This document shows positions 1-7,746 of a stretch of DNA of 64,000 bases, piece by piece. The stretch comes from an uncultured virus (IMG/VR IMGVR_UViG_3300025410_000018) (Duplodnaviria > Heunggongvirae > Uroviricota > Caudoviricetes). Each line of letters starts with the position of its first letter. Position 1 is the first letter of the stretch. The stretch lies in the IMG/VR virus record IMGVR_UViG_3300025410_000018; one strand, written 5' to 3'. The translations under genes were made by a program, and so were the position numbers. The notes beneath the pieces were generated by a model. The model was not told where the DNA came from. It did no database searches and was given only the letters and a program-made list of their open reading frames with translations.

Positions 1-49
1 ATCATCACTATGACTAAAAAAGGCATTGATTTTATAAAGGAATTGTCCC

Positions 50-268
50 ATGACTATTAGTAAAGAAATGGTTGCGTTGATGCGAGAGAATGCCGCATTG
101 TGTACGCTTGAAGCTGAAGTTATACTAGCATTAAAGTATAACGAAGTTGGCGATAACACGCTTGCACAAGCACAAATACAAAAAATATATGAAGCATTGG
201 AAGTCATTGAAGTTGTACGCAGAAGAAACAATGAACTAAAGGTGATGTACGATGGCGAAAACTCCTGA
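50..268 (+). CDS. hypothetical phage protein
   Basis: ORF with AAGGA RBS, overlaps next gene. Confidence 0.7.
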   Translation: MTISKEMVALMRENAALCTLEAEVILALKYNEVGDNTLAQAQIQKIYEALEVIEVVRRRNNELKVMYDGENS

Positions 269-554
269 AAAGAAAGTTAAAGATGAAGTTACCAAAATGC
301 TTAAAGATTATGGCGCTTACTATTTTTACCCCGTTACCGGTGGGTTTGGACGTAGTGGTGTTCCTGATATTATTGCTTGCTATAAAGGTTTTTTTATAGC
401 GATCGAGTGTAAGGCAGGTAAAAACAAACCAACGGCATTACAGTGTGCAGAAATGGCTAAGATAGATAAGGCAGGTGGTATGTCTATGTGGGTCAACGAA
501 GATACTTTGTACGTATTAGAAGAAGCAATTAACTTAATAGAAAGAATGAAATGA
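252..554 (+). CDS. VRR-NUC domain nuclease (Holliday junction resolvase-like)
   Basis: TPEKKVK...GVPDIIAC...AIECKA...PTALQ PD-(D/E)XK pattern typical of phage VRR-NUC proteins. Confidence 0.85.
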   Translation: MAKTPEKKVKDEVTKMLKDYGAYYFYPVTGGFGRSGVPDIIACYKGFFIAIECKAGKNKPTALQCAEMAKIDKAGGMSMWVNEDTLYVLEEAINLIERMK

Positions 555-790
555 ATATAAACGAACTGAATAGCACACAAGCTTTAGATGCGGCAGTTGA
601 ATGGATTAAAGAAGGCATGGACTTAGATGATATTGAGATGGTGCTTGTGGTACATGATAAAAAGACAGGCACAGTTAAAGTGCTTGGGCTAAAACTACAA
701 GAGGAAGAAGTACCTATGCTATTAGTATCAGCCGCTAATCACGTTGCAGGACACGTTATGGACACTTACGAAAATCGCACGATTAACTGA
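551..790 (+). CDS. hypothetical protein
   Basis: ATGA-coupled ORF in operon. Confidence 0.7.
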   Translation: MNINELNSTQALDAAVEWIKEGMDLDDIEMVLVVHDKKTGTVKVLGLKLQEEEVPMLLVSAANHVAGHVMDTYENRTIN

Positions 791-793
791 TCT

Positions 794-976
794 ATGGATA
801 AGAAACAAAAACGCCCTAGTTATGTTGAAGGACACCCTGAAGGCATGACACAAGAAGAAGTAGCAAAAGAGTTAGGTATCACACGAAGTTTAGCAGGACA
901 AATAGAAAGGACGGCTCTGAAAAAGATACGTACTAAATTAAAAAATCGAAAAATAAATAAGGAAGATTTTTTATGA
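794..976 (+). CDS. sigma-70 region 4-like HTH protein
   Basis: MTQEEVAKELGITRSLAGQIERTALKKIR matches sigma-70 r4 HTH pattern. Confidence 0.8.
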   Translation: MDKKQKRPSYVEGHPEGMTQEEVAKELGITRSLAGQIERTALKKIRTKLKNRKINKEDFL

Positions 977-989
977 AAGCGAGGAGGGA

Positions 990-1790
990 ATGACAGCAAA
1001 TGAATTAGCAGATGCAATGGATATTCGTGCATCAATTCGCAGACAAGCAACAAGCCGTAAAAGTGTACAAGAAGGTGCTGACGATAGGCTTGCTGACCAA
1101 TTAGAACAAGCCGCCACTATGCTACGTCAACAAACCCAAGAGATTGAGGAATTGAAATTGCGTATTAGTCAACTTTTAGAAACGCAAGATTACTTGTATA
1201 AAAAACATGATTCAGACAAAGCTAAAATTGAAGAGTTAAAACAAATCATTGATGCAAACAATTTACAGTCAGATATTGGGCAATTAAAGAAAGCGATTAA
1301 TATGATCAAACCTGTAGCTTGGATGGACAAAAATGGATATGTATATGGTAAGCACAGCACACGACCAATAGAAGCTGATATACCACTTTACACCCATTCT
1401 AACACCCAATCACACCCAATTGAACCAATAGCAATGCGTTATGATTTTGATGGTTACGGTTACAAATACATTGACTCAGGTTCCGGAAGTGATTGGAAAA
1501 CTAGGGAAAATGGTGAATTCCTTTACACCAAGCCATTCTTTAGTCAAAAACCTGTTGCCATGATGGTTAAAATGGATGGGTTTGATAAACCTGAGTTTAC
1601 TACAATTTGTGGTTCTGCTGCGTTAAAACATCCTAACTATACTGCATTGTATGACCACCCAATGCGTGAACTAAGCGATGAGGAAATAAGCCAAGTGTAT
1701 AAAGAAGTCAGCGAACCATTTGGTAAAAAAAGACTGTATGAAATACATGATTTTGCAAGAGCAATACTAAAACTAGCGAGTGAGAAATGA
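990..1790 (+). CDS. mosaic hypothetical protein (MTANELAD module, three PVA...LY modules, RELSD module)
   Basis: Shares N-terminus with 1787 and 2208 ORFs; internal KPVAW/EPIAM/KPVAM...LY repeats. Confidence 0.75.
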   Translation: MTANELADAMDIRASIRRQATSRKSVQEGADDRLADQLEQAATMLRQQTQEIEELKLRISQLLETQDYLYKKHDSDKAKIEELKQIIDANNLQSDIGQLKKAINMIKPVAWMDKNGYVYGKHSTRPIEADIPLYTHSNTQSHPIEPIAMRYDFDGYGYKYIDSGSGSDWKTRENGEFLYTKPFFSQKPVAMMVKMDGFDKPEFTTICGSAALKHPNYTALYDHPMRELSDEEISQVYKEVSEPFGKKRLYEIHDFARAILKLASEK

Positions 1791-2029
1791 CAGCAAATGA
1801 ACTAGCAGATGAAGTTATGGAGCATTACAAAGCCGAAGCGCCAAGAGGTTTTAATGTAAATTGGATGAAAGAAGTTGCCACTATGCTACGTCAACAAGAA
1901 GCCGAATTGACTGAAGCAGGGCACATGATTGGAATGTTGCGATGGGAAATAGAACAATTACAAGACCGTTTAAATGAGTTTTTGGTTGCAAGAGACTTGG
2001 CAATACTAAGAAAGGCGATTGAGAAATGA
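1787..2029 (+). CDS. MTANELAD-family small protein
   Basis: Paralogous N-terminus and MLRQQ segment; ATGA coupling. Confidence 0.75.
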   Translation: MTANELADEVMEHYKAEAPRGFNVNWMKEVATMLRQQEAELTEAGHMIGMLRWEIEQLQDRLNEFLVARDLAILRKAIEK

Positions 2030-2211
2030 CAGGTTACGTTTTTACACACCCACCAGCAAAAGCAGGTTGTTGGGTTATTGGTGGCGATTTAAATGTTTTT
2101 GTTTGCAAAAAACCAAATTGGTTTCATAAAAAGATGACCAAGTTTTTCTTTGGTTGGGACTGGAAAGATGGTGATTTTGAAACACAATTAAGGAAAGCGA
2201 ACGAAAAATGA
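2026..2211 (+). CDS. hypothetical protein (KKPNWFHKKM...FFGWDW)
   Basis: ATGA-coupled ORF inside the cassette array. Confidence 0.7.
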   Translation: MTGYVFTHPPAKAGCWVIGGDLNVFVCKKPNWFHKKMTKFFFGWDWKDGDFETQLRKANEK

Positions 2212-2678
2212 CAGCAAATGAACTAGCAGATGAATTAACAAAAATGTTCAGGGGTGAGGAATATGATAGGCTTATTCACGAAATACCTGATATGCTACGC
2301 CAACAAGCCAAAGAAATAGCAATGCTTAAACAAATCATTGATGCAAACAATTTACAGTTAAATATTGGACAGTTGAAAAAAGAACTAGCACTACAAAGGC
2401 TATCTGATTTTAGTCAAGAGATTGAGGATAGGGAATCTGCTATATACGCAACTGGTTATTGGAATGGTATTCAGAAAGCCAAAGAAAAGAATGAAATCTT
2501 AGATACAAGGTCTTACTTGATTGGTAGATATGATGGGTTGCGTGAACTAAGTGATGCAACAATACGAGAATTGTCAGTTGCTTTTATGTTGGTATTACGC
2601 AGAACTTCTGAAGATGAACTTTTTGAAAGTGTGTATGAATACTCAAAATTACTACTAAAGAAAGCGAGGGGGCAATGA
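2208..2678 (+). CDS. MTANELAD-family protein
   Basis: Shares MTANELAD, KQIIDANNLQ and RELSD segments with 990..1790. Confidence 0.75.
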   Translation: MTANELADELTKMFRGEEYDRLIHEIPDMLRQQAKEIAMLKQIIDANNLQLNIGQLKKELALQRLSDFSQEIEDRESAIYATGYWNGIQKAKEKNEILDTRSYLIGRYDGLRELSDATIRELSVAFMLVLRRTSEDELFESVYEYSKLLLKKARGQ

Positions 2679-2854
2679 CATTTAATATTAAACAAAAAAA
2701 TAGAAACAAAGCCATTCGTGCATTTATTGATTTAAGCCACACAATTAAAGAAATTGAATATTTAAATGGTCAATGGCTATTAAAACTATTTGGTATTTAT
2801 AAATTACAAAACTACTTTAACCAAAAAATAAAGAAAGCGAGTGTCAATAAATGA
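2675..2854 (+). CDS. hypothetical 59-aa protein (not in ORF track)
   Basis: Read manually: MTFNIKQKNRNKAIRAF...KIKKASVNK*, ATGA overlap with upstream stop. Confidence 0.6.
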   Translation: MTFNIKQKNRNKAIRAFIDLSHTIKEIEYLNGQWLLKLFGIYKLQNYFNQKIKKASVNK

Positions 2855-2934
2855 TCTTATTTATGTTAGATCAGTTTAATTTTGTCAATAAAAGTACACT
2901 TTTAGTTTATTTTTGTCAATAGAAGAGGGGAAAA

Positions 2935-3015
2935 ATGAGTATTAAATTTTTATGGTTAGGAATGTTTTTAGTTGGTATTGTTCTTGGTGTTATTTTAAAA
3001 AGGAGAAAGAAATGA
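2935..3015 (+). CDS. 26-aa membrane peptide
   Basis: GAGGGG RBS; MSIKFLWLGMFLVGIVLGVILKRRKK*; ATGA coupled to next gene. Confidence 0.5.
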   Translation: MSIKFLWLGMFLVGIVLGVILKRRKK

Positions 3016-3272
3016 GTTACTGGGATTTAGCAAACAAAGTTGAAAGTATTAGTTTTAGGTTGGATTCTGTTAAAGCTATTATTGAGTTAGTGGCTGAAAG
3101 AATCATAGATAACCCTGAGAGTAGTGCGTTATGGGGTTGTGCTGAAATGCTTGAAATATACAAAGAAAGATTGGAAACAATATCAAATGAAGCAATGGAC
3201 TTACATAAAGAAACGAAGATTGAAAAACCCACAACATCTGTAAACATAGCAAAGAAAGGAAAAAACAAGTGA
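3012..3272 (+). CDS. hypothetical protein
   Basis: AGGAG RBS before ATG 3012 (start revised from track 2952). Confidence 0.7.
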   Translation: MSYWDLANKVESISFRLDSVKAIIELVAERIIDNPESSALWGCAEMLEIYKERLETISNEAMDLHKETKIEKPTTSVNIAKKGKNK

Positions 3273-3481
3273 CAAACGAAGAAATTATCAAGACATTGAC
3301 GGCAGAACGTACTTTTCTTGAATCGCAGAATCACAAACTTGCCATAATTATTCGCCAACAAGAAGAACAGATTATGGACTTGCGAGAAGCTAATCAAGAT
3401 TTAAAGTTTCAACTAACAGAATTACATAGCGCATTAAAAACAAAGAAAGAAATTGACAACATTGATGATGGGAGATGCTAA
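3269..3481 (+). CDS. coiled-coil hypothetical protein
   Basis: Coupled ORF, heptad-like pattern. Confidence 0.65.
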   Translation: MTNEEIIKTLTAERTFLESQNHKLAIIIRQQEEQIMDLREANQDLKFQLTELHSALKTKKEIDNIDDGRC

Positions 3482-3678
3482 TGAACATTACAGTAGAAAT
3501 GCTTAAAGAATTACCTGATGGCTCTGCAATTTGCACGCTAACTTTGGACAAAGAATCTATTCAGTTTTTAATTGGTGAAGGTTTTCTTGCCGTACTTAAA
3601 AGATCGTTGGAAACATCGGAGTCCTACGTACAACCTGAAACACTAAACGAAAGCGTAAATGAAAATACTAGCGATTGA
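3475..3678 (+). CDS. hypothetical protein
   Basis: Coupled ORF upstream of polymerase. Confidence 0.65.
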   Translation: MLMNITVEMLKELPDGSAICTLTLDKESIQFLIGEGFLAVLKRSLETSESYVQPETLNESVNENTSD

Positions 3679-5611
3679 TTTTGAAACACGTTGGGATAGC
3701 AAAGATTACACGCTCAGTAAATTAACAACCGAAGAATATATACGAAGCCCACGATTTAAAGCATTTGGTTTAAGTTATAGTTGGCTAGATTCTAGCGACA
3801 TAGAATGGGTTAGCCACGAAGATATTTATAGTTGGGTTGATACTATTGACTGGGAAAATACTGCCGTTCTAGCACACAACGCTCAGTTTGATGTAGCGAT
3901 TCTTTCTTGGGTATATGGTGTGCGACCTATGTTCATACTAGATTCTTTGTCGATGGCACGAGCCTTGCGTGGTATAGAGGTTGGTAACAGCTTAATGAAA
4001 CTTGCTGAGGAGTTTAACTTACCACCTAAAGGCAGAGCCGTGCATGATACGAATGGCTTAGATGAACTTACGCCTGAGATAGAGCATGAGTTGAGCGTGT
4101 ATTGTTGCCATGATGTGCTGTTGTGTAAAGAAGTTTTTAAGCGTCTAGCTCAAGGGTATCCAAAAAATGAGCTGAAGTTGATTGATATGACGCTTAAGAT
4201 GTTTACTCAACCTGTGCTAGAACTTGATAAGGAGATGTTAGATGCGGCGATTGAAGATGAAAAACAGAAACGTGAAACGCTTCTTAAAAAAGTTAACGTC
4301 GATGAATCGTCGCTTGCTAGTAACGATAAGTTTGCTGAAGTCCTTAAAGAACTCGGCGTTGAGCCGCCACTCAAAGTTAGCAAAACGACTGGCAAAGAAG
4401 CTTATGCGTTCGCTAAAAGTGATGCCCTCTTCCAAGTATTGCTTAACAGTAGTGACGACGATGTTGCCCTTATTTGTGAAGCGAGGCTTAAAGTTAAGTC
4501 AACGCTTGAACGCACAAGAGCGCAGAGATTTGTTGATATTGCAGAACGAGGTACGTTACCTGTGCCACTCAACTATTACGGCGCACACACAGGACGTTGG
4601 TCGGCGAGCAAAGGATCGGGGCTTAATTTACAAAACCTCAAACGGGGGTCTTTCTTACGTAAAGCTATACAAGCCCCAAAAGAAACGAAGCTTGTTGTAT
4701 GTGACTTATCACAGATTGAACCGAGGGTCTTGGCTTACCTCGCAGATTATCAAGAACTTCTCGAAATCTTCTCATCAGGAAAGGATGCGTATGCGGCATT
4801 TGGTGCGCAAATGTTCGGGATCCCCACTCTTACAAAAGAATCACACCCTGATCTCAGACAGTCAGCTAAGTCAGCGTTGTTGGGATGTGGCTACGGCATG
4901 GGATGGGCTTCGTTCTCGGCGCAACTTCTCACAGGGTTTCTAGGCGCACCACCAACAATGTATGATAAGAAGTTTGCTAAACAGCTTGGTGTATCTTCGC
5001 AGGATGTCATTGACTTTGTTAGTTGGGAACGAAACTTAGAGATGATGCAAGCCATACCGCATACTTGTTCAGATGATGACTTGTTAATACATTGCCTGTC
5101 AGCTAAAAAGATTATTGATAAATACAGAGATACTGCACATCCAGTTACTACATTTTGGGAGTTGTGTAACGAGTTAATAACGCATAGTCTTTATGGTGGC
5201 AAACGCCATACATATAAGTGTTTAATTTTTGACAAAGAGAGTATACTATTACCTAGTGGTCTAGCATTGAAATACCCAAATTTACAGGGTACAACAGATG
5301 AAAAAGGACGTATACAATGGGCATACGGCGAGGGTAATAACGTCAAGAAATTGTATGGTGGCAAGCTTGTAGAGAATATCGTACAGGCAGTAGCAAGATG
5401 TGTGATGACGGATGGTATGTTGCGGATACAAGAACGGTATCGGTGCGTATTAACTGTGCATGATGAAGTTGTAGTTGTAGTACCTGAAGCAGAAGCAGAT
5501 GAAGCAGAGGTGTGGGTGCGTGAGCAGATGATCGCCGACCCAATTTATTTAACAGGTATCCCTTTAGATGCCGAATCAAGTAGTGCATTACGTTATGGAG
5601 ATGCAAAATGA
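3659..5611 (+). CDS. polA: family A DNA polymerase with 3'-5' exonuclease
   Basis: ExoI DFET, AHNAQFD, TGRWS, motif A DLSQIEPR, motif B RQSAKSALLGCGYG, motif C VHDE. Confidence 0.95.
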   Translation: MKILAIDFETRWDSKDYTLSKLTTEEYIRSPRFKAFGLSYSWLDSSDIEWVSHEDIYSWVDTIDWENTAVLAHNAQFDVAILSWVYGVRPMFILDSLSMARALRGIEVGNSLMKLAEEFNLPPKGRAVHDTNGLDELTPEIEHELSVYCCHDVLLCKEVFKRLAQGYPKNELKLIDMTLKMFTQPVLELDKEMLDAAIEDEKQKRETLLKKVNVDESSLASNDKFAEVLKELGVEPPLKVSKTTGKEAYAFAKSDALFQVLLNSSDDDVALICEARLKVKSTLERTRAQRFVDIAERGTLPVPLNYYGAHTGRWSASKGSGLNLQNLKRGSFLRKAIQAPKETKLVVCDLSQIEPRVLAYLADYQELLEIFSSGKDAYAAFGAQMFGIPTLTKESHPDLRQSAKSALLGCGYGMGWASFSAQLLTGFLGAPPTMYDKKFAKQLGVSSQDVIDFVSWERNLEMMQAIPHTCSDDDLLIHCLSAKKIIDKYRDTAHPVTTFWELCNELITHSLYGGKRHTYKCLIFDKESILLPSGLALKYPNLQGTTDEKGRIQWAYGEGNNVKKLYGGKLVENIVQAVARCVMTDGMLRIQERYRCVLTVHDEVVVVVPEAEADEAEVWVREQMIADPIYLTGIPLDAESSSALRYGDAK

Positions 5612-5907
5612 TAATACCAAAGGAAATAAAAGTAGGTAAAACAAAATACAACGTGGAGTGGTTTAAAGAAATACGCAAAGGCAAACAACATTGTCATGGG
5701 TTTGTTAGTTATTTAGAAAAGTGTATTGCTTTAGCCAAAACCGATGGCACAAACAAATATTCAAAACAAGAGAAAGAAGAAACCTTTTGGCATGAATTGA
5801 CGCACGCCATACTTAAAGACATGAACCACGAGTTGTTCGACAACGAGAAGTTTGTTACTCAATTTTCACAAAGGTTAAACAATGCCATTCGCTCAGCTAA
5901 GTTCTGA
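5608..5907 (+). CDS. small zincin-like (HExxH) putative metallopeptidase
   Basis: TFWHELTHAIL motif followed by NEKFV. Confidence 0.65.
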   Translation: MIIPKEIKVGKTKYNVEWFKEIRKGKQHCHGFVSYLEKCIALAKTDGTNKYSKQEKEETFWHELTHAILKDMNHELFDNEKFVTQFSQRLNNAIRSAKF

Positions 5908-6127
5908 CATAAATCAAGAAACACTAGACGTTGCTTTGAGTAAGGAAGCGCAATCAATGTTAACCCTTATGACTTTAGGTGGCGCAAAAATCCACGTCAC
6001 GTGGAACATAACTATTACTGACGAAAAAACTGGTGAAGCAGGTTATGGGCATTTTGGAGACACTCCTGAAATAGTAGTGCGTCAAGGATTCGCAGAATGG
6101 ATGAGGAGAAAAAATGGCGAAAATTAA
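5882..6127 (+). CDS. hypothetical protein
   Basis: ORF filling gap in operon. Confidence 0.5.
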   Translation: MPFAQLSSDINQETLDVALSKEAQSMLTLMTLGGAKIHVTWNITITDEKTGEAGYGHFGDTPEIVVRQGFAEWMRRKNGEN

Positions 6128-6779
6128 ATGGTCACACTCAGGGCTTAAAGACTACGAAGGTTGTGCAAGACGTTACCACGAAGTAAAGGTGCTGAAGAAT
6201 TACCCATTCACCGACACCAAGCATACCATCTATGGTAAAGAAGTCCACAAAGCTTTTGAAGATTACGTAACAGAAAAAAAACCCCTGCCAGAACACCTAT
6301 CTGGACATGGTGAACTTTTAGATAGCTTGATAAAAAAAGAAGGTAGGAAGTTCGCTGAACATGAGATGGGTGTTACAGTTGACTTAAAATCTTGTGCGTT
6401 TGATTCAGAAGATGTGTGGGTTCGTGGTATTGCTGACTTGTTAATCGTAGACGATGATGGGCTGGTTGCTTGGGTGTTTGATTACAAGACCGGCAATGAT
6501 AAATACCCTGATCGTGACCAGTTAATTTTAATGTCCTTGATGGTGTTCATTCATTTTCCTCACATACGTCAGGTTAACTCTGCCTTGCTTTTTGTTGTGA
6601 AAGAGTCTATAGTAAAACATAAGATGTCGCATGATGAAGCCGAAGAACATTGGCAAAGATACAGAGAACGTGTCGCTAGGCTCGTCAGGTCATCAGAAGC
6701 AAATGTATGGAATCCAACACAAACACCGCTTTGTGGATGGTGTCCTGTCCGCAGTTGTGAATTTAACCGAGAAAATTAA
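6114..6779 (+). CDS. PD-(D/E)XK exonuclease, Cas4/RecB-like
   Basis: WSHS...CARRY, RGIADLL...DYKTG, C-terminal CGWCPVRSC cysteine cluster. Confidence 0.85.
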   Translation: MAKIKWSHSGLKDYEGCARRYHEVKVLKNYPFTDTKHTIYGKEVHKAFEDYVTEKKPLPEHLSGHGELLDSLIKKEGRKFAEHEMGVTVDLKSCAFDSEDVWVRGIADLLIVDDDGLVAWVFDYKTGNDKYPDRDQLILMSLMVFIHFPHIRQVNSALLFVVKESIVKHKMSHDEAEEHWQRYRERVARLVRSSEANVWNPTQTPLCGWCPVRSCEFNREN

Positions 6780-6788
6780 GGAACTATC

Positions 6789-7031
6789 ATGCCTTACGTA
6801 AACAAACCAAGACCTTATGCAAAAGAGTACGCTGAGTATCAAGGTACAGAAGAACAAAAGAAAAACCGTGCTAAAAGAAACAAAGCACGCCGTCAATTAA
6901 CAAAAGAAGGCGTAGTACATAAAGGCGATGGCATGGATGTAGACCACAAAAAGCCTTTAAGTAAAGGTGGCTCAACAGAACGAAGTAACTTAAAAGCCAT
7001 AACTAAAAGCGCCAATAGAGCGAAAAAATGA
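6789..7031 (+). CDS. HNH endonuclease
   Basis: DVDHKKPLSKGGS...SNL...ANR. Confidence 0.85.
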   Translation: MPYVNKPRPYAKEYAEYQGTEEQKKNRAKRNKARRQLTKEGVVHKGDGMDVDHKKPLSKGGSTERSNLKAITKSANRAKK

Positions 7032-7249
7032 TAAAGCATAATGAAATACTAAATAGTGAAGCATGGAATGTACCTATTCAACAACTTGTTGACCTGTGGG
7101 TTGTTAAGTTTGGTAACAAGTGGGTTAGCAATGAAGAAATAGATCAGTTCTATTATGTGGCTTGTAATCGTCTACTAGATAGTGGTGCGTTAGAAAGACA
7201 TTCTTTGCCCAACGCTTTTGAACCTGTGTATAGATTGGTGGAAAAGTGA
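7028..7249 (+). CDS. hypothetical protein
   Basis: Coupled ORF; LVDLWVVKFGN resembles ALWITKYGN in next ORF. Confidence 0.65.
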   Translation: MIKHNEILNSEAWNVPIQQLVDLWVVKFGNKWVSNEEIDQFYYVACNRLLDSGALERHSLPNAFEPVYRLVEK

Positions 7250-7746
7250 CGGAAAGATATTCACATGGTTGGACAGACCCACGAAGTATTTATGGTACTA
7301 CAGTAATAATAAGACGATATGGAAAGGAATATAAAATGGAAAACAAATTTGAAACACAAGACTACTCAGTAGAAATAAATTTAGAAGAACACGAAAAAGC
7401 GCATGAACAATATACAAAAATGTTGGGCGCATCTATGCAACAAACGATGCAAAAAGCCTTAGAAGTATTGTTTGCAAATACATATGCTAAATGGCGTAAA
7501 TCGTATTCAAAACTAGACGACAGAGGAAAACAAATGAAAGTTGATGCGCACGAATATATAACAGAAGCTAAAAACTTACCAATAGAGACTTGTGAGGCTC
7601 TATGGATAACTAAGTATGGTAACGAGCCTTTAGTTGCAATGGCAATAAATGGACAAGATGAGTTAATGTGGGAAATAGGTAATAAATTATTTTGGGCAGG
7701 TAAAATAGTTCACGATGACAAAGCGGATACATACTCATGCAAATAG
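7246..7746 (+). CDS. hypothetical protein (start may be ATG 7336)
   Basis: ORF; AAGGA RBS precedes MENKF. Confidence 0.6.
   Translation: MTERYSHGWTDPRSIYGTTVIIRRYGKEYKMENKFETQDYSVEINLEEHEKAHEQYTKMLGASMQQTMQKALEVLFANTYAKWRKSYSKLDDRGKQMKVDAHEYITEAKNLPIETCEALWITKYGNEPLVAMAINGQDELMWEIGNKLFWAGKIVHDDKADTYSCK

Larger units (their letters stand above)
975..2854 (+). repeat. dispersed gene-junction repeat, 7 copies, consensus approx. (c)TAAAGAAAGCGAgtgagaaATGA
   Basis: Copies at ~975-993, 1281-1305, 1761-1790, 2000-2029, 2185-2211, 2650-2678, 2827-2854. Confidence 0.8.

Noticed and set aside
975..2854. CRISPR array or diversity-generating retroelement
   Set aside because: Repeats are degenerate, irregularly spaced and coding; no reverse transcriptase or adenine-specific TR/VR pair seen.
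4242..4943. 233-aa alternative-frame ORF within the polymerase
   Set aside because: Fully nested in an intact polA with no recognisable motifs; likely a frame shadow.
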